Positions 17,811-34,803 of a stretch of 64,000 nt of DNA are shown in pieces. The notes under the pieces are model-generated. The model was not told where the DNA came from. It was given only the letters and a program-made list of their open reading frames with translations, and made no database searches. Within the stretch, counting starts at the first letter, position 1; every line of letters starts with the position of its first letter. Made by a program: the position numbers and the translations under genes. Source of the DNA: an uncultured delta proteobacterium (GTDB taxonomy: Bacteria > Desulfobacterota > Binatia > UBA9968); the NCBI GenBank assembly GCA_963771465.1, contig CAVYTU010000015.1, positions 768,001 through 832,000 of the forward strand. Reading direction: 5' to 3'.

Positions 17811-18830
17811 ATGACCGGCAACACCAGATGGCAGTTCGTTAGTGTACTCATCGCTATCGTTCTAAACAGCGCGAATGCCCGCGCCGCCGCGCCCACTCCC
17901 ATGCTCGTCGCCTACGGCGGCCACAATGAAACCATGATCCCGATCTGGGTCGGCGCCGAAAGAGGATTGTTTCGAAAATACGGCATCGACCTGCGCGCGC
18001 TGCAAACCCGCAGCGGACCGATCATGATGGCGACTCTCGCCTCGGGCGGCGCGCCACTGGTGTGGTCGGCGCCGAGCAGCGCGCTCAGCACCACGGTGAG
18101 CGGTTTGAAGCTCGGCTGCTTCAACGTCGGCAACAACCGCGTGCCGCGCGAAGTCATCGCCCGCAAAGGCATCGAGTCGCTGGAAGATTTGCGCGGCAAA
18201 ATCTTCGGCGTGCAATCGATCGGCGGCGGCTTTTGGCTGTCGACGATGGTCGTCCTCGACGCTCTCGGCATCGATCCCGACAAATACAAACTCAACATGC
18301 GCGTCATCGGCGATACCGCCACCGTGACCCAGGCGCTCATCACCGGCAACGTCGACGCCATGGTGGTGCCGTACAGTTACTCCGACATGGCCAAGCGCGC
18401 CGGCGCGCGCTCCCTGGCCGACGCGGGAAAATTGAACGTCGTCTATCAAGCCACGGTCATGTGCGCGCAAAAGGAATCCAGCGCCATCGGCAATGACGCA
18501 ATGATCGCGCTGACCAAAGGCGTCGTCGAATCGCTGGTCTATATTCTCGATCCAACCCACAAGCGCGACGTGAGCGAGATCCTTAAAAAGAATCTACGCT
18601 TAAGCAGAGATGAAGATGTCGAGGCGTCCTACCGAGTCGCACGCCTGCAAATGCCGGACATCGATATTGCGCTCAACGTCGAAGCCTGGCGCACCGTCAA
18701 ACGCATCGTCAGCAAAGTCAATCCCAAAGTTCAGGAAGTCGACCTCGATCAAGTCATCGTCAACGGCCCCGTGCAGAGTTTGGAATCGAGCGGCTTCCTC
18801 GCCGAGATGAAGAAAAAACTGCCGCGATGA
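17811..18830 (+). CDS. ABC substrate-binding protein, NMT1/SsuA-like
   Basis: Signal peptide; ERGLFRKYGIDL, SLEDLRGKIFG, ALITGNVDA. Confidence 0.85.
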   Translation: MTGNTRWQFVSVLIAIVLNSANARAAAPTPMLVAYGGHNETMIPIWVGAERGLFRKYGIDLRALQTRSGPIMMATLASGGAPLVWSAPSSALSTTVSGLKLGCFNVGNNRVPREVIARKGIESLEDLRGKIFGVQSIGGGFWLSTMVVLDALGIDPDKYKLNMRVIGDTATVTQALITGNVDAMVVPYSYSDMAKRAGARSLADAGKLNVVYQATVMCAQKESSAIGNDAMIALTKGVVESLVYILDPTHKRDVSEILKKNLRLSRDEDVEASYRVARLQMPDIDIALNVEAWRTVKRIVSKVNPKVQEVDLDQVIVNGPVQSLESSGFLAEMKKKLPR

Positions 18831-18840
18831 CGGGATACTA

Positions 18841-18915
18841 TTCACCACGAAGGTCACGAAGGTTTCGGAAAATTAATTATCTGAACTTCGTGCTCTTCGT
18901 GTCCTTCGTGGTGAA
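18841..18915. repeat. Intergenic REP-like palindrome (CACGAAG units), possible terminator
   Basis: TTCACCACGAAGGTCACGAAG ... CTTCGTGTCCTTCGTGGTGAA. Confidence 0.75.
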
Positions 18916-18981
18916 AAAAAAGTTTGACGACTCAATCAAACGACACAAGTTGTAAAAATAGCCATTCAAAGGAGAACCATC

Positions 18982-20697
18982 ATGCACGGCGGACAAGCGA
19001 TGTTGAAAGCGATCGAACGGAGCGGCGTCGAGTTTATTTTATCTTCACCCGGCTCGGAGTGGCCGCCGGTGTGGGAAGCGCTGGCCGAAGCCGCGGCGCG
19101 CGGCGCGAAGAATCCGAAGTATATCAATTGCCGCCACGAAGCGGTCGCCGTCGCCATGGCGGCCGGCTACACGAAGGTCACTCATCGGCCGCAGGTCGTC
19201 ATGCTTCACGCCACCGCCGGGCCGTTGAATGCCGCCATGACTCTGCGCGCGGCGCTGCACGAGCGCACGCCGATGGTGATTTTAAGCGGCGAGATCGCCG
19301 CCTACGGCGAGAACACCAAGGTCGCCGACCCCGGCGGCCAATGGCTGCACGATCTCACGGACTTGGGCGGGTCGCCCGATCTTTTACGCGGATGTGTCAA
19401 GTGGGCCGACCGCATCTCGTCGGCGGAACTGCTCGGGCCGACCATCGAGCGCGCCGTGCGCATCGCCATGGAGCCGCCGGCTGGACCGGTGCTGATCGGC
19501 ATTCCGTTCGAATGCATGATGGAACAGGTCAATGATCTGGATCATGGCAAAGCCAATGAAGTGGTGCGCGCTCACACGGTGGACGACGCCAGCATCGACA
19601 AAGCGTTAAATCTCATCGCCGCGGCGAAAAATCCCATCGCGCTCACCGAACATGTCGGCGGCGAGCCGCGCGCCGTGGAGCGTTTCGTCGAGCTGTGCGA
19701 ACTATTCGCCATCCCGGTGATGGAAACCTATCGCCCGGCGTTTATGAATTTCCCGCGCACTCATCCGCTCTATCTGCATCACGATGCCAAACAAGTTGAG
19801 GCGGCGGATTTGATTCTCATGGTCGACGCCGTGACGCCTTGGTATCCGGCGAGCAAGACGCCGAAGAACGCCAAAGTGATTTCCATCGCGGATGAATTTC
19901 CCAACTCGCGGCTGCCGTACTGGGGTTATAACGTCGATCTCGCTCTGGTCGCGCCGCCGGTATCGACTCTCGGACAGTTGGTGAAAAAGGCCAAAGCATC
20001 GGAACAAGTCGCCGCCAATCGCGCTAGTTATGAAGCGCGGCTGGCGCGCACGCGCGCCCAGCACGATAGTTATTTCAGCAAACAGAAAGAGGATGCAGAA
20101 AAACACGCTGGCGATACGCCCATCGATCCGCGCTGGGCGGTTCATGCGTTGGGACAAGCGCTTCCGGCGAACGCAGTCATCTCGGAAGAAACCACCGTCT
20201 ATCGCAGCCTGATTCAGGAAGCGATTGGACGCGAGCAGACCCAATCGTACTTCGCACGGGTCACCGGCGGCCTCGGCGTTGGTCTGAGTTACGCGCTGGG
20301 CGTCAAGCTGGCAATGCCCGACCGGCCGGTCTTCGCCCTCATCGGCGACGGCGCATTTCACTACAACGCGGTGCCGTCCTGTTTGGGCGTCGCCGAAGAA
20401 TATCGGCTGCCGATCCACTGCGTGGTGTTTAACAACGGCCGCTATCTGTCCATGGAAACCAGTTTGATCAAATATTTTCCCGACGGCGCGGCGAAACAAA
20501 CCGGCGTCCACTTCGGCGCGGAAATCGGTCCCCGGCCGGATTATCAGCAGTATGCCAAAGCTCACGGCGGCTACGGCTACCGGGTGAACTAACCCAGCAA
20601 GAAATCAAACCCGCCATCGAGCAGGCCTTGAAAGCGAGAAGCCGATGGCAAACTGACGGTGATCGATTTGGTGCTGAGCGATTTCAATCCGCGATGA
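18982..20697 (+). CDS. Thiamine pyrophosphate-binding enzyme (benzoylformate decarboxylase/ALS-like); frameshifts near the 3' end
   Basis: CRHEAVAVAMAAGY, TPP motif IGDGAFHY..VVFNNGRY; after the ORF stop at 20592 other frames give QEIKPAIEQALKA and ADGKLTVIDLVLSDFNPR-TGA 20697. Confidence 0.85.
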
Positions 20698-20781
20698 CGT
20701 GGTCGCATATATCACTTGGTGGCTGAAAAACCTTTAGAAGGTTATTTGGATTTTCGATGAAGGAGAGATCGGAAAAACGTA

Positions 20782-21048
20782 TCTCGCGCAAAGGCGCAAT
20801 GAACGCCAAGGTTCGGAAAACTCGAAGCACAAAACCCGAAACTCGAAACAAATCCAAAATGATGAAAAATCAAATTCAAACTAACTCGATTCGGATTCGA
20901 GGTTTTGGATTTTCCGGATTTGTGATTTATTTTGACCCGGTTTGTTTCGGATTTAGATAATCGGATTTCGGATTTTGGTTACGTGGTGTCTTGGCGCCAG
21001 CATAGAATTTTAGGCTTTATCTTCAATCCAAAATCGAAAATCCAAAAT
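20782..21048. repeat. Nested low-complexity intergenic palindrome of AAATCC(G/A)-type heptamers
   Basis: A-rich arm AAACTCGAAACAAATCCAAAAT (~20840-20860), T-rich arm TTTGTTTCGGATTT..CGGATTTCGGATTTTGG (20941-20978), extra AATCCAAAATCGAAAATCCAAAAT. Confidence 0.65.
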
Positions 21049-21058
21049 AGGATAGGGA

Positions 21059-27052
<5,994 letters not shown>

Positions 27053-27145
27053 GATTATTCTCCCGCAAAATTAACCACGCGGGTCGAATCTGCGGTTGGC
27101 AAACGATGAGCGGCCGTTAGCGTCAAGTATAATCGCTGGGGAAAT

Positions 27146-28027
27146 TTAGCTCGCCAAACCGACCGGCGCGGCGCTGTCGCCTTGGGCGACAGCGCGAATG
27201 GCGATTTCGGCGCCAAGCTCCGAAGTAACGGCGTTGCCGCGAAATGCGCCCGCCACCGGCGCCGCTAGCAATGGAGTTCCCGCCGCGGCCAACGCCACAT
27301 GGCGATCGGTGACCGCAACGCCCAGGCTCGGATCGTAACCGCGCCAGCCGGCGCCCGGTAAATACACTTCACTCCACGCTGCCAAGTACTGCAATTCGTT
27401 ATCCGCGCCGTTGATCCGATAGCCGCTGACATAGCGCGCGGCGATACCGACGTAGCGGCAGGCTTCGATGAAAAGCACGGCCATATCGCGGCAGGAGCCG
27501 CGTTTACGCAGGAGGGTATGCTCGGCGCCCAGTTGTCCACCGGGCTCGGGTCTAGTCTGCTGGCAGCACTCATAAATTTCCCGATTGAGCGCGCTCAGAA
27601 AACGCAGAGTCTTCCATTCGGTCTGGTTGGCGATTTGGCGCGCAAAGCGCTCGACCAAATCGCTATCGCCGAGCCGCGTGACATACGGCATCACGTAGGG
27701 CTTGATCAGGTCCATGTAACTGATCGGCAGCCGGTCAGCCCGGTCGGCGAGGATGTAGAGAAACGGGTTGCGGTATTGAGTGCATACCTTGGCCCGGCTC
27801 TCGATGACAAATCGCTCGGTGAGCCCCTCGAACCAAATATTCGAGACCACGTTGCCGTCAAGGTCTACGCTGTCCGAATATCCCGCCGGCCGTGGCTGGA
27901 CCTGCGAGTGGAAGTCGATCAAATTTTGCAAGCCATCGCAGCGCGGACGCACGCGCAGTTGATGCGGCTCCAGAAAAACCGGGCGGCTATAGGTATAAGT
28001 GGTTTTATGGCTGATTTCGAAATACAT
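27146..28027 (-). CDS. Transglutaminase-like protein (Bact_transglu_N + core)
   Basis: HKTTYTYSRPV, GSCRDMA, AARYVSGY, W.EVYLPGAGWRGYDP. Confidence 0.9.
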   Translation of the reverse strand: MYFEISHKTTYTYSRPVFLEPHQLRVRPRCDGLQNLIDFHSQVQPRPAGYSDSVDLDGNVVSNIWFEGLTERFVIESRAKVCTQYRNPFLYILADRADRLPISYMDLIKPYVMPYVTRLGDSDLVERFARQIANQTEWKTLRFLSALNREIYECCQQTRPEPGGQLGAEHTLLRKRGSCRDMAVLFIEACRYVGIAARYVSGYRINGADNELQYLAAWSEVYLPGAGWRGYDPSLGVAVTDRHVALAAAGTPLLAAPVAGAFRGNAVTSELGAEIAIRAVAQGDSAAPVGLAS

Positions 28028-28072
28028 AGGTAAAATTTCCTGCTTGTTGCGCGGAACCCGTTCCCCATCCGC

Positions 28073-29053
28073 TTATTGACCAACTCGATCCGGCGACCGC
28101 GATCCGACGGGCCGGAGCGCGAAAAAGGTGTCGTAAATACACTGATCGACGTGATTCAACTTGGTCTGAAACGCGTCGAGAAATTCATGCGGTCCGCGCG
28201 CGACAATCTGGCGCGTGTCGGTATACGCCAACTCGGCGCGCAACTGGCCAAGGCGCTGCTCGGCGGTATTACGAAACATTCCGATGGGCGTGCCTGAAAT
28301 CGCGTGCAGCGAATCATTGGCGCTCGTCAGGCAGTAGTGAATCGAGCGCGGAAACTCATGATCCAAGACGAGAAAATTGATAATCTGTTCAGGCGCGATG
28401 TGGCCGTGGCGCTTGCGATACATTTCCAAAGCGCTGGCCGACCGCAACACCGCGGCCCATTGAATATCGTCCAACGGCGTACCCACATCGCTAACTGACG
28501 GCAGCAGCATGAAGTATTTTACATCGAGCAACCTCGAGGTTTTATCGGCGCGTTCGAGCAAACGACCCAAACGATAGAAGTGCCAAACTTCGCCGTGCAA
28601 CATGGTGGCGTCGGTAATACCGTGAAACAGTTGGCTAGCCTTTTTGACGTCGCTAAAAAAACTCGAAGGCGACATCATCAGTCGCTGGTTCGAGGCCGCC
28701 GCGTTGACCATCAAATAACAGCTGTTGACCTGCTCCCACATCTCCGGCGAAATCGACTCGCGAATCGTCCGAGCATTCTCCCGCGCCGCGCGCAGGCAGG
28801 ACACGATCGAGTTTGGGTTTTCCCCGTCAAAGGTGAGAAACTTGATCACGTTGTCCCGCGACGCCACGGAAAAGTTCGACAAGAACACGTCGTCGTCGCC
28901 GGAGATGCTCACCAGCGGATGCCATTGCTCCCGCGAGCCAATCGGCAGATCGAGCATCATTTGCAGGTTGACGTCGATGAAACGCGCGACGTTGTCGGCC
29001 CGTTCCATGTATCGGCTCAACCAGTAAATCGAATTGGCGACTCGGCTTAGCAT
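28073..29053 (-). CDS. Alpha-E domain protein (DUF403)
   Basis: MLSRVANSIYWLSRYMERADNVAR, ARENARTIRE, LGRLLERADKTSR, FPRSI. Confidence 0.93.
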   Translation of the reverse strand: MLSRVANSIYWLSRYMERADNVARFIDVNLQMMLDLPIGSREQWHPLVSISGDDDVFLSNFSVASRDNVIKFLTFDGENPNSIVSCLRAARENARTIRESISPEMWEQVNSCYLMVNAAASNQRLMMSPSSFFSDVKKASQLFHGITDATMLHGEVWHFYRLGRLLERADKTSRLLDVKYFMLLPSVSDVGTPLDDIQWAAVLRSASALEMYRKRHGHIAPEQIINFLVLDHEFPRSIHYCLTSANDSLHAISGTPIGMFRNTAEQRLGQLRAELAYTDTRQIVARGPHEFLDAFQTKLNHVDQCIYDTFFALRPVGSRSPDRVGQ

Positions 29054-29089
29054 GATTGCGATTCTAGAAGTTCCTCGGTGGCGCGCCGT

Positions 29090-30523
29090 TCATGGCTGCA
29101 GTACCCAGGTGTCCTTGCTCCCTCCGCCCTGTGACGAGTTAACCACCAAGGAGCCCGGTTTGAGCGCGACCCGGGTCAATCCACCTGGCATCACGTAGAT
29201 GTCGCTGCCGTAGAGCACATAGGGACGCAGATCGACGTGACGGCCGACGACGCGGCCGTCGGCAATCACCGGCACCCGCGACAATCCCAAGGTCGGCTGG
29301 GCGATATAGTTGCGTGGATTCGCTTGAATGCGCCGGGCAAACTCAGCGCGTTCATCGACCGTCGCGTGCGGTCCCACCAGCATGCCGTAGCCGCCCGACT
29401 CGTTGACCGCCTTGACCACAAGTTGGTCCAAGCTCGCCACCACATAAGCTAGTTCCTTAGGCTCGGCGCAGACATAGGTCGGCACGTTGGGAATTAGGAT
29501 CTTCTCACCGAGATAGTACTCGATGATCTTCGGCACATAGGCGTAGATCGACTTGTCATCGGCGATGCCCGTCCCCGGAGCATTCGCCAACGCCACGCGC
29601 CCGCTCTTATAAATCTCCATGAGCCCCGGCACGCCGAGCAAGGAGTCCTCTCGAAACACTTGTGGGTCGAGAAAATCATCGTCGATACGCCGATACAGCA
29701 CATCGACGGGTTCAAATCCGTTGGTGGTGCGCATCATGATCCGGTTATTGACCGCTACCAGATCGCGCCCTTCGACCAATTCGACGCCCATTTGTTGCGC
29801 CAGAAATGAGTGTTCATAGTAAGCCGAATTGTAAATGCCCGGCGTCAGCAGCGCGACTTTGGGCGAGTCCATCGCCGCGGGAAAGAGTGACTGCAGCGTC
29901 GACAGCAGGCGACTGGGATACTCATCCACCGGCCTAACGTGCGACGCTTCGAAGACCTCGGGAAAGGTCCGCTTCATGATGCGGCGATTTTCCAGGACGT
30001 AAGAAACGCCTGAGGGACAGCGCAAATTATCCTCCAAGACATACATCTGGCCGTCGCGGTCGCGCACCAGATCGGTGCCGGTGATATGGCACCAGACCTC
30101 TTGCGGCGGATTGAGTCCGACGCATTCTTTGCGAAAAGAGCTCGCCGATTGGATCAGGTATTCAGGAACGACTTTGTCTTTGACGATTTTTTGCTCATGA
30201 TAAATATCGTCGACGAATAAATTGAGGGCGTAGACGCGTTGCTTCAAACCCTTTTCGAGCCAATCCCACTCGGCTGCTTCGACGATGCGCGGGATAACAT
30301 CGAATGGAAAAATTTTCTCGGTGGCCGCGCTATCGCTGTAAACGTTAAAGGTAATACCGTTCTGCAGCAGCAGGCTTTCAGCGGCAGCTTGGCGGGCGAG
30401 CAGCTCGCCGTCCGGCAGTGACTCGATCCGCTCTTTCAGCAAACGCGCGCCAGGCCGAGGAGTGCTGTCGGAGACAAACATCTCGTCATGAAAATCAGCC
30501 GTATCGTAATGGGCAAATTTCAT
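29090..30523 (-). CDS. Circularly permuted type 2 ATP-grasp protein
   Basis: GITFNVY, VLEDNLRCPSGVSY, LLTPGIYNSAYYEH, YRRIDDDFLDP, GGLTRVAL, VNSSQGGGSKDTWV; likely start MKFAHYD at 30523. Confidence 0.94.
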   Translation of the reverse strand: MKFAHYDTADFHDEMFVSDSTPRPGARLLKERIESLPDGELLARQAAAESLLLQNGITFNVYSDSAATEKIFPFDVIPRIVEAAEWDWLEKGLKQRVYALNLFVDDIYHEQKIVKDKVVPEYLIQSASSFRKECVGLNPPQEVWCHITGTDLVRDRDGQMYVLEDNLRCPSGVSYVLENRRIMKRTFPEVFEASHVRPVDEYPSRLLSTLQSLFPAAMDSPKVALLTPGIYNSAYYEHSFLAQQMGVELVEGRDLVAVNNRIMMRTTNGFEPVDVLYRRIDDDFLDPQVFREDSLLGVPGLMEIYKSGRVALANAPGTGIADDKSIYAYVPKIIEYYLGEKILIPNVPTYVCAEPKELAYVVASLDQLVVKAVNESGGYGMLVGPHATVDERAEFARRIQANPRNYIAQPTLGLSRVPVIADGRVVGRHVDLRPYVLYGSDIYVMPGGLTRVALKPGSLVVNSSQGGGSKDTWVLQP

Positions 30524-30597
30524 AGCCGATGCCGGCGCGAGCGCAAAGCCGCTGTAACCTCCGTAAGTTAACACAAACGCAGCGCCTTTTGTCCACC

Positions 30598-30612
30598 GCA
30601 ACGACCATGCCA
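30598..30612 (-). promoter_or_regulatory. Sigma54 (-24/-12) promoter of the ATP-grasp/alpha-E/transglutaminase operon
   Basis: Minus strand TGGCATGGTCGTTGC (GG-N10-GC), ~75 nt upstream of the ATG. Confidence 0.75.
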
Positions 30613-30661
30613 TGACAGCGCGCGAGATTTGCGTTGGTTAATTGCCTGCGTGTGCGGCGAA

Positions 30662-30701
30662 CGACTAATTTTTCGGCACTGGGCTGCCTGACCTTTGGTC
30701 A
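30662..30701. promoter_or_regulatory. Pair of NtrC-like enhancer boxes
   Basis: CGA-N11-GCA (30662-30678) and TGC-N11-TCA (30685-30701) between divergent sigma54 promoters. Confidence 0.4.
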
Positions 30702-30925
30702 GCAAGCGCCGCCGGCTAGTTGGACAATGAGTTATAAAAACCGCGCAATTGACATCTCAATCGAGCCGCCGGACGTCTCCTAATCGGGTGTGGAATCCTC
30801 TGTGACCAACTCTTACGCCGCTTTTTTAAGCGACCGCTGCTTAGTTTTTGGCATTCGCAGCGATCACTGGTGGTAACCGCCCTGCGAAACCCAGGGATAT
30901 TGAGGAAAATGGCGTCTCGTTATGC

Positions 30926-30941
30926 TGGTACGTTTTCTGCA
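30926..30941 (+). promoter_or_regulatory. Sigma54 promoter of the phosphorylase-glutaminase unit
   Basis: TGGTACGTTTTCTGCA (GG-N10-GC). Confidence 0.6.
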
Positions 30942-31084
30942 CAGGATTTTCTCCGCAGGTTTTGCGGGCTGATGGGTGTCACTAGTGATTTAGTAATCTG
31001 ATCAGGAAAACTTGCACAGCGGCCTCATTTCTCGAATGGACCAAAACGCCGCGTCAGTCAGCGCGCGCACACCGGTGAACGCAA

Positions 31085-32797
31085 ATGATGCCAAAAGAAA
31101 TCCGGCCCAACTATATCGCTTACTTTTCCATGGAAGTTGGCCTCGATTCGGCGATGCCGACATACAGCGGCGGGCTCGGTGTTCTCGCCGGCGACACATT
31201 GCGCGCCGCCGCCGATCTTAACCTGCCAATGATCGGCGTGACGCTCCTACACCGCAAGGGATATTTTCGCCAAACTCTCGACCGCAACGGCAATCAAACC
31301 GAGAGCCCAGTGGATTGGGACTACGAAGAAGCCTTGGAACCGATGGTGCCGCGCGCCTTCGTGCCTATCGCCGGAAGGGCGGTGGTGGTTCGTGCCTGGC
31401 GTTATGTCGTGCGCGGCGTCTTTGGTCATACGGTGCCGGTCTATTTCCTCGACAGCGGGTTGAAGGAAAACTCTCCCTGGGAACAAAGCTTGACTGCGGC
31501 GCTCTACGACGGCGACACGCGCCATCGTCTCTGTCAGGAAATCGTTTTGGGTATGGGCGGCGTAGCGATGCTCCAAGCCCTCGGCTACAAGAATGTTAGC
31601 ACGCACCATATGAATGAGGGCCACGCCGCGTTTTTAACCTTGGCCCTTTTGGAGCGCGAAGTGGCGCGCGGCGATTTGACCGCGGTGACGGAAACCGATA
31701 GCGAGGCGGTGCGCCAACGCAGCGTATTCACCACTCACACTCCGGTGCCGGCCGGTCATGACCAGTTTGCCGTCGACCTTGTGCGCGAGGTTTTAGGCGC
31801 CGAACGCTTGACCGCCTTGGAAAAGCTGCAGTGCATTGATAACGGCATGCTCAATATGACCTATCTGGCGCTGCATATGTCGCGTTATGTGAACGGCGTC
31901 GCCATGCGCCACGGCGAAATATCCCGCGACATGTTTCCCCATTATGCCATCGATTCGATCACCAATGGCGTGCATGCGCTCGACCTGGACCGCGGCGCCG
32001 TTTCGCAATCTGTACGACCGATTCATTCCCGAATGGCGGCGCGATAATTTCTATTTGCGCTATGCGATTAAAATCCCCCTCGCCGACGTGCAACGGGCTC
32101 ATGTGCTCGCCAAACGCGAAATGTTGGCCCAGATCGCCCAGCGGACGAAAGCGCATCTCGCTGAAAATGTCCTGACGATTTGTTTTGCCCGGCGCGCGGC
32201 CGGCTATAAGCGAGCCGATTTGTTGTTTACCGACCTTGAGCGGCTGCGATCGATCGCCGAGGAAGCCGGGCCATTTCAGGTTATCTATAGCGGTAAGGCG
32301 CACCCCCACGATGAAGCGGGAAAAGCGATGATCCGGCGCATTTTCGAATTTTCTGAAAAACTGAAAGGCGTGCTGCGCGTCGTCTACTTGGAAAATTATG
32401 ATATGGATCTGGCCCGCGCCCTCTGCGCCGGCGTCGATCTGTGGTTGAACACGCCTGAAAGACCTCTGGAAGCCTCCGGCACCAGCGGCATGAAGGCCGC
32501 GCTCAATGGCGTGCCGAGCCTCAGCGTTTTAGATGGTTGGTGGATCGAGGGCCACGTCGAGGGCGTGACCGGTTGGGCGATCGGCGCAAACGACGGCGGG
32601 CCAAACCGATACGCTGGCCGAGGCTAATTCGCTCTACGACAAATTGGAAGATGTCATTCTGCCGCTTATATTACGCCAAGCCGGAAGCCTACACAGAAAT
32701 CCGGCGCTCGGCGATCGCGTTGAACGGCTCGTTCTTTCACACCCAGCGCATGGTGCTGCAATACGTGCGCAACGCCTACAACGGTGTCGAACCCTGA
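31085..32797 (+). CDS. glgP: Alpha-glucan (glycogen) phosphorylase, short form; apparent frameshifts at ~31980, ~32610 and ~32665
   Basis: [52 protein letters not shown]-Lys motif [23 protein letters not shown]. Confidence 0.9.
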
Positions 32798-32846
32798 AAG
32801 GAGTCGACGATAGATCAGGATTCGACTCTAACGACATAAGCACCCG

Positions 32847-34712
32847 ATGCGCTATCAACCAGCACTGAAGAGCGACGACGTCGAGTCGAATTTCTCGCCG
32901 ATTCACTCTGCTCTGTTTGAGATTTACCGCGAGTATCGCGAGAATTTCAGCGGCAAGGTCGCGTCCTATATTCCCGAGCTGGCCAAGGTGAATCCGGCGC
33001 TGTTCGGTATCGCGCTCGCGACCGCCGACGGCGAGATTTACGAAGTCGGCGATGCGCGCCAGTTATTTACCATCCAATCGATCTCCAAGCCCTTTGTTTA
33101 CGCCCTCGCTTTGGAAGATCACGGCGTGGAACAGGTTCTGAAAAAAATTGGCGTCGAGCCAAGCGGCGAAGCGTTTAACTCGATTGTGTTCGACGAACGG
33201 GGCAACCGGCCGTTCAATCCAATGGTCAACGCCGGCGCCATCGCCGCGACGGCGCTAATCCAGGGAGAAAACCATAAACAGCGCTTAGAGCGCCTGCTGG
33301 GAAAATTTTCCGATTTATGCGGCCGCCCGGTGCAGATCGACCACGCGGTATACCGCTCAGAGCGCGCCACCGGCCATCGCAATCGGGCCATCGGTTTCCT
33401 CGAGCTCAATGCCGGAATGATCGCCGAGCCCATCGATGAACATCTCGAGCTCTATTTCGAGCAATGCTCGATCCTGGTCAGCGCCCGCGACTTGGCCGTG
33501 ATGGCCGCCACCGTCGCCAACAACGGGGTCAATCCGTTGACCGGGGCGCGGGCGATCGAGGAATGCTACGTGAAAAACGTCCTCGCCATAATGCAGAGTT
33601 GCGGCATGTACGATTACTCCGGCGAATGGAGTTATCGTATCGGGTTACCGGCCAAAAGCGGCGTTGGCGGCGGCATTATCGCGGCGCTACCTGGCCAATT
33701 GGGTATCGGAACCTTTTCGCCGCTTCTCGACGAGCAAGGCAACAGCTGCCGGGGCATTCAAGTTTGCGAAGATATTTCCGAACGATTCAAGCTGCATATG
33801 TTCGATATCCGCTCAACCACCTCGGTCGCCGTGCGCAACACCTACCGCGGCGACGCCGTGCGCTCGAAACTTCTGCGCGGCAATACCGAGCAGGAAATAC
33901 TGAACCGCAAGACCGCGGCGATTTGCGTTTACGAATTACAGGGCAATCTTTTTTTCGCGACCATGGAGCGACTGTTGCGCCAGCTCACCGCCGATATCGA
34001 TTCGGCGGAGTATCTAATTTTTGATTTCAAGCGGGTTCTGGAAATGGATAAATGCGCGCAGACGCTGTTGGAGCAATTGAACGCCACCCTCGCCGACAAA
34101 GGCAAAAAACTCATTGTCGCTCATCTGCCGCAAACCGACTCGAAACGAATGCCAGACCCAAATGCTTGGGAAACGGTGGACATCTTTCCCGATAGCGATT
34201 CGGCTTTGGAGTGGTGCGAAACCCAGCTGATTCTCGAAGATCGTCCGCCCATGACCCGCATCGACGAGCCGGTGCCGGTTGCAGCGATGAACATCGTCGC
34301 GAGCTTGGACGCCCGAGAGATCGCCTTGCTCGAATCGGTGTTGGAAAAAAGAACCTACGCCGCCAGGGAGAAAATCATCCGCGAAGGCGAATCGGCCGAC
34401 TCGCTCTTCTTGCTCGCCGCCGGCACCGTGAGCGTTTATCTCAAACTGACAACTGGAGCGCGGGAGAAACGCTTGAGCTCCATCAGCCCCGGCTTGGCCT
34501 TTGGCGAGCTGTCGTTGCTTGACGGCCGCGCCCGCTCCGCCGATGTCGTCGCCGATGTGCCAGTGGTCTGCTACATCCTGTCCACGCAAAAACTTAATGC
34601 GCTTGCGCTTGAACACCCTCAGATCAAGCACAAGCTAATTCTCAACATCGCCAGAGAATTATCAACGCGATTGCGCCGCGCTGACGCTGAAATCCGCACC
34701 TTGGCTGAATGA
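32847..34712 (+). CDS. glsA: Glutaminase A with C-terminal STAS and cyclic-nucleotide-binding domains
   Basis: YIPELAK, FTIQSISKPF, GVEPSGEAFN, NPMVNAGAI, PAKSGVGGG; STAS ELQGNLFFA..DFKRV; cNMP IIREGE..FGELSLLDGRARSADV. Confidence 0.93.
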   Translation: MRYQPALKSDDVESNFSPIHSALFEIYREYRENFSGKVASYIPELAKVNPALFGIALATADGEIYEVGDARQLFTIQSISKPFVYALALEDHGVEQVLKKIGVEPSGEAFNSIVFDERGNRPFNPMVNAGAIAATALIQGENHKQRLERLLGKFSDLCGRPVQIDHAVYRSERATGHRNRAIGFLELNAGMIAEPIDEHLELYFEQCSILVSARDLAVMAATVANNGVNPLTGARAIEECYVKNVLAIMQSCGMYDYSGEWSYRIGLPAKSGVGGGIIAALPGQLGIGTFSPLLDEQGNSCRGIQVCEDISERFKLHMFDIRSTTSVAVRNTYRGDAVRSKLLRGNTEQEILNRKTAAICVYELQGNLFFATMERLLRQLTADIDSAEYLIFDFKRVLEMDKCAQTLLEQLNATLADKGKKLIVAHLPQTDSKRMPDPNAWETVDIFPDSDSALEWCETQLILEDRPPMTRIDEPVPVAAMNIVASLDAREIALLESVLEKRTYAAREKIIREGESADSLFLLAAGTVSVYLKLTTGAREKRLSSISPGLAFGELSLLDGRARSADVVADVPVVCYILSTQKLNALALEHPQIKHKLILNIARELSTRLRRADAEIRTLAE

Positions 34713-34803
34713 CCGCTCAGTTTTACCCAGGAATATTTTAGGGCTGGACTTCCGCGCCAATTCTAGCCCAACAGCAAACGATTAAGCGACTCTCGGTATT
34801 GCG

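Noticed and set aside
20757-20960. 67-aa ORF in the intergenic region
   Set aside because: It is a translation of the low-complexity palindromic repeat
18841-21048. CRISPR array in the intergenic repeats
   Set aside because: No constant repeats with unique spacers and no cas genes
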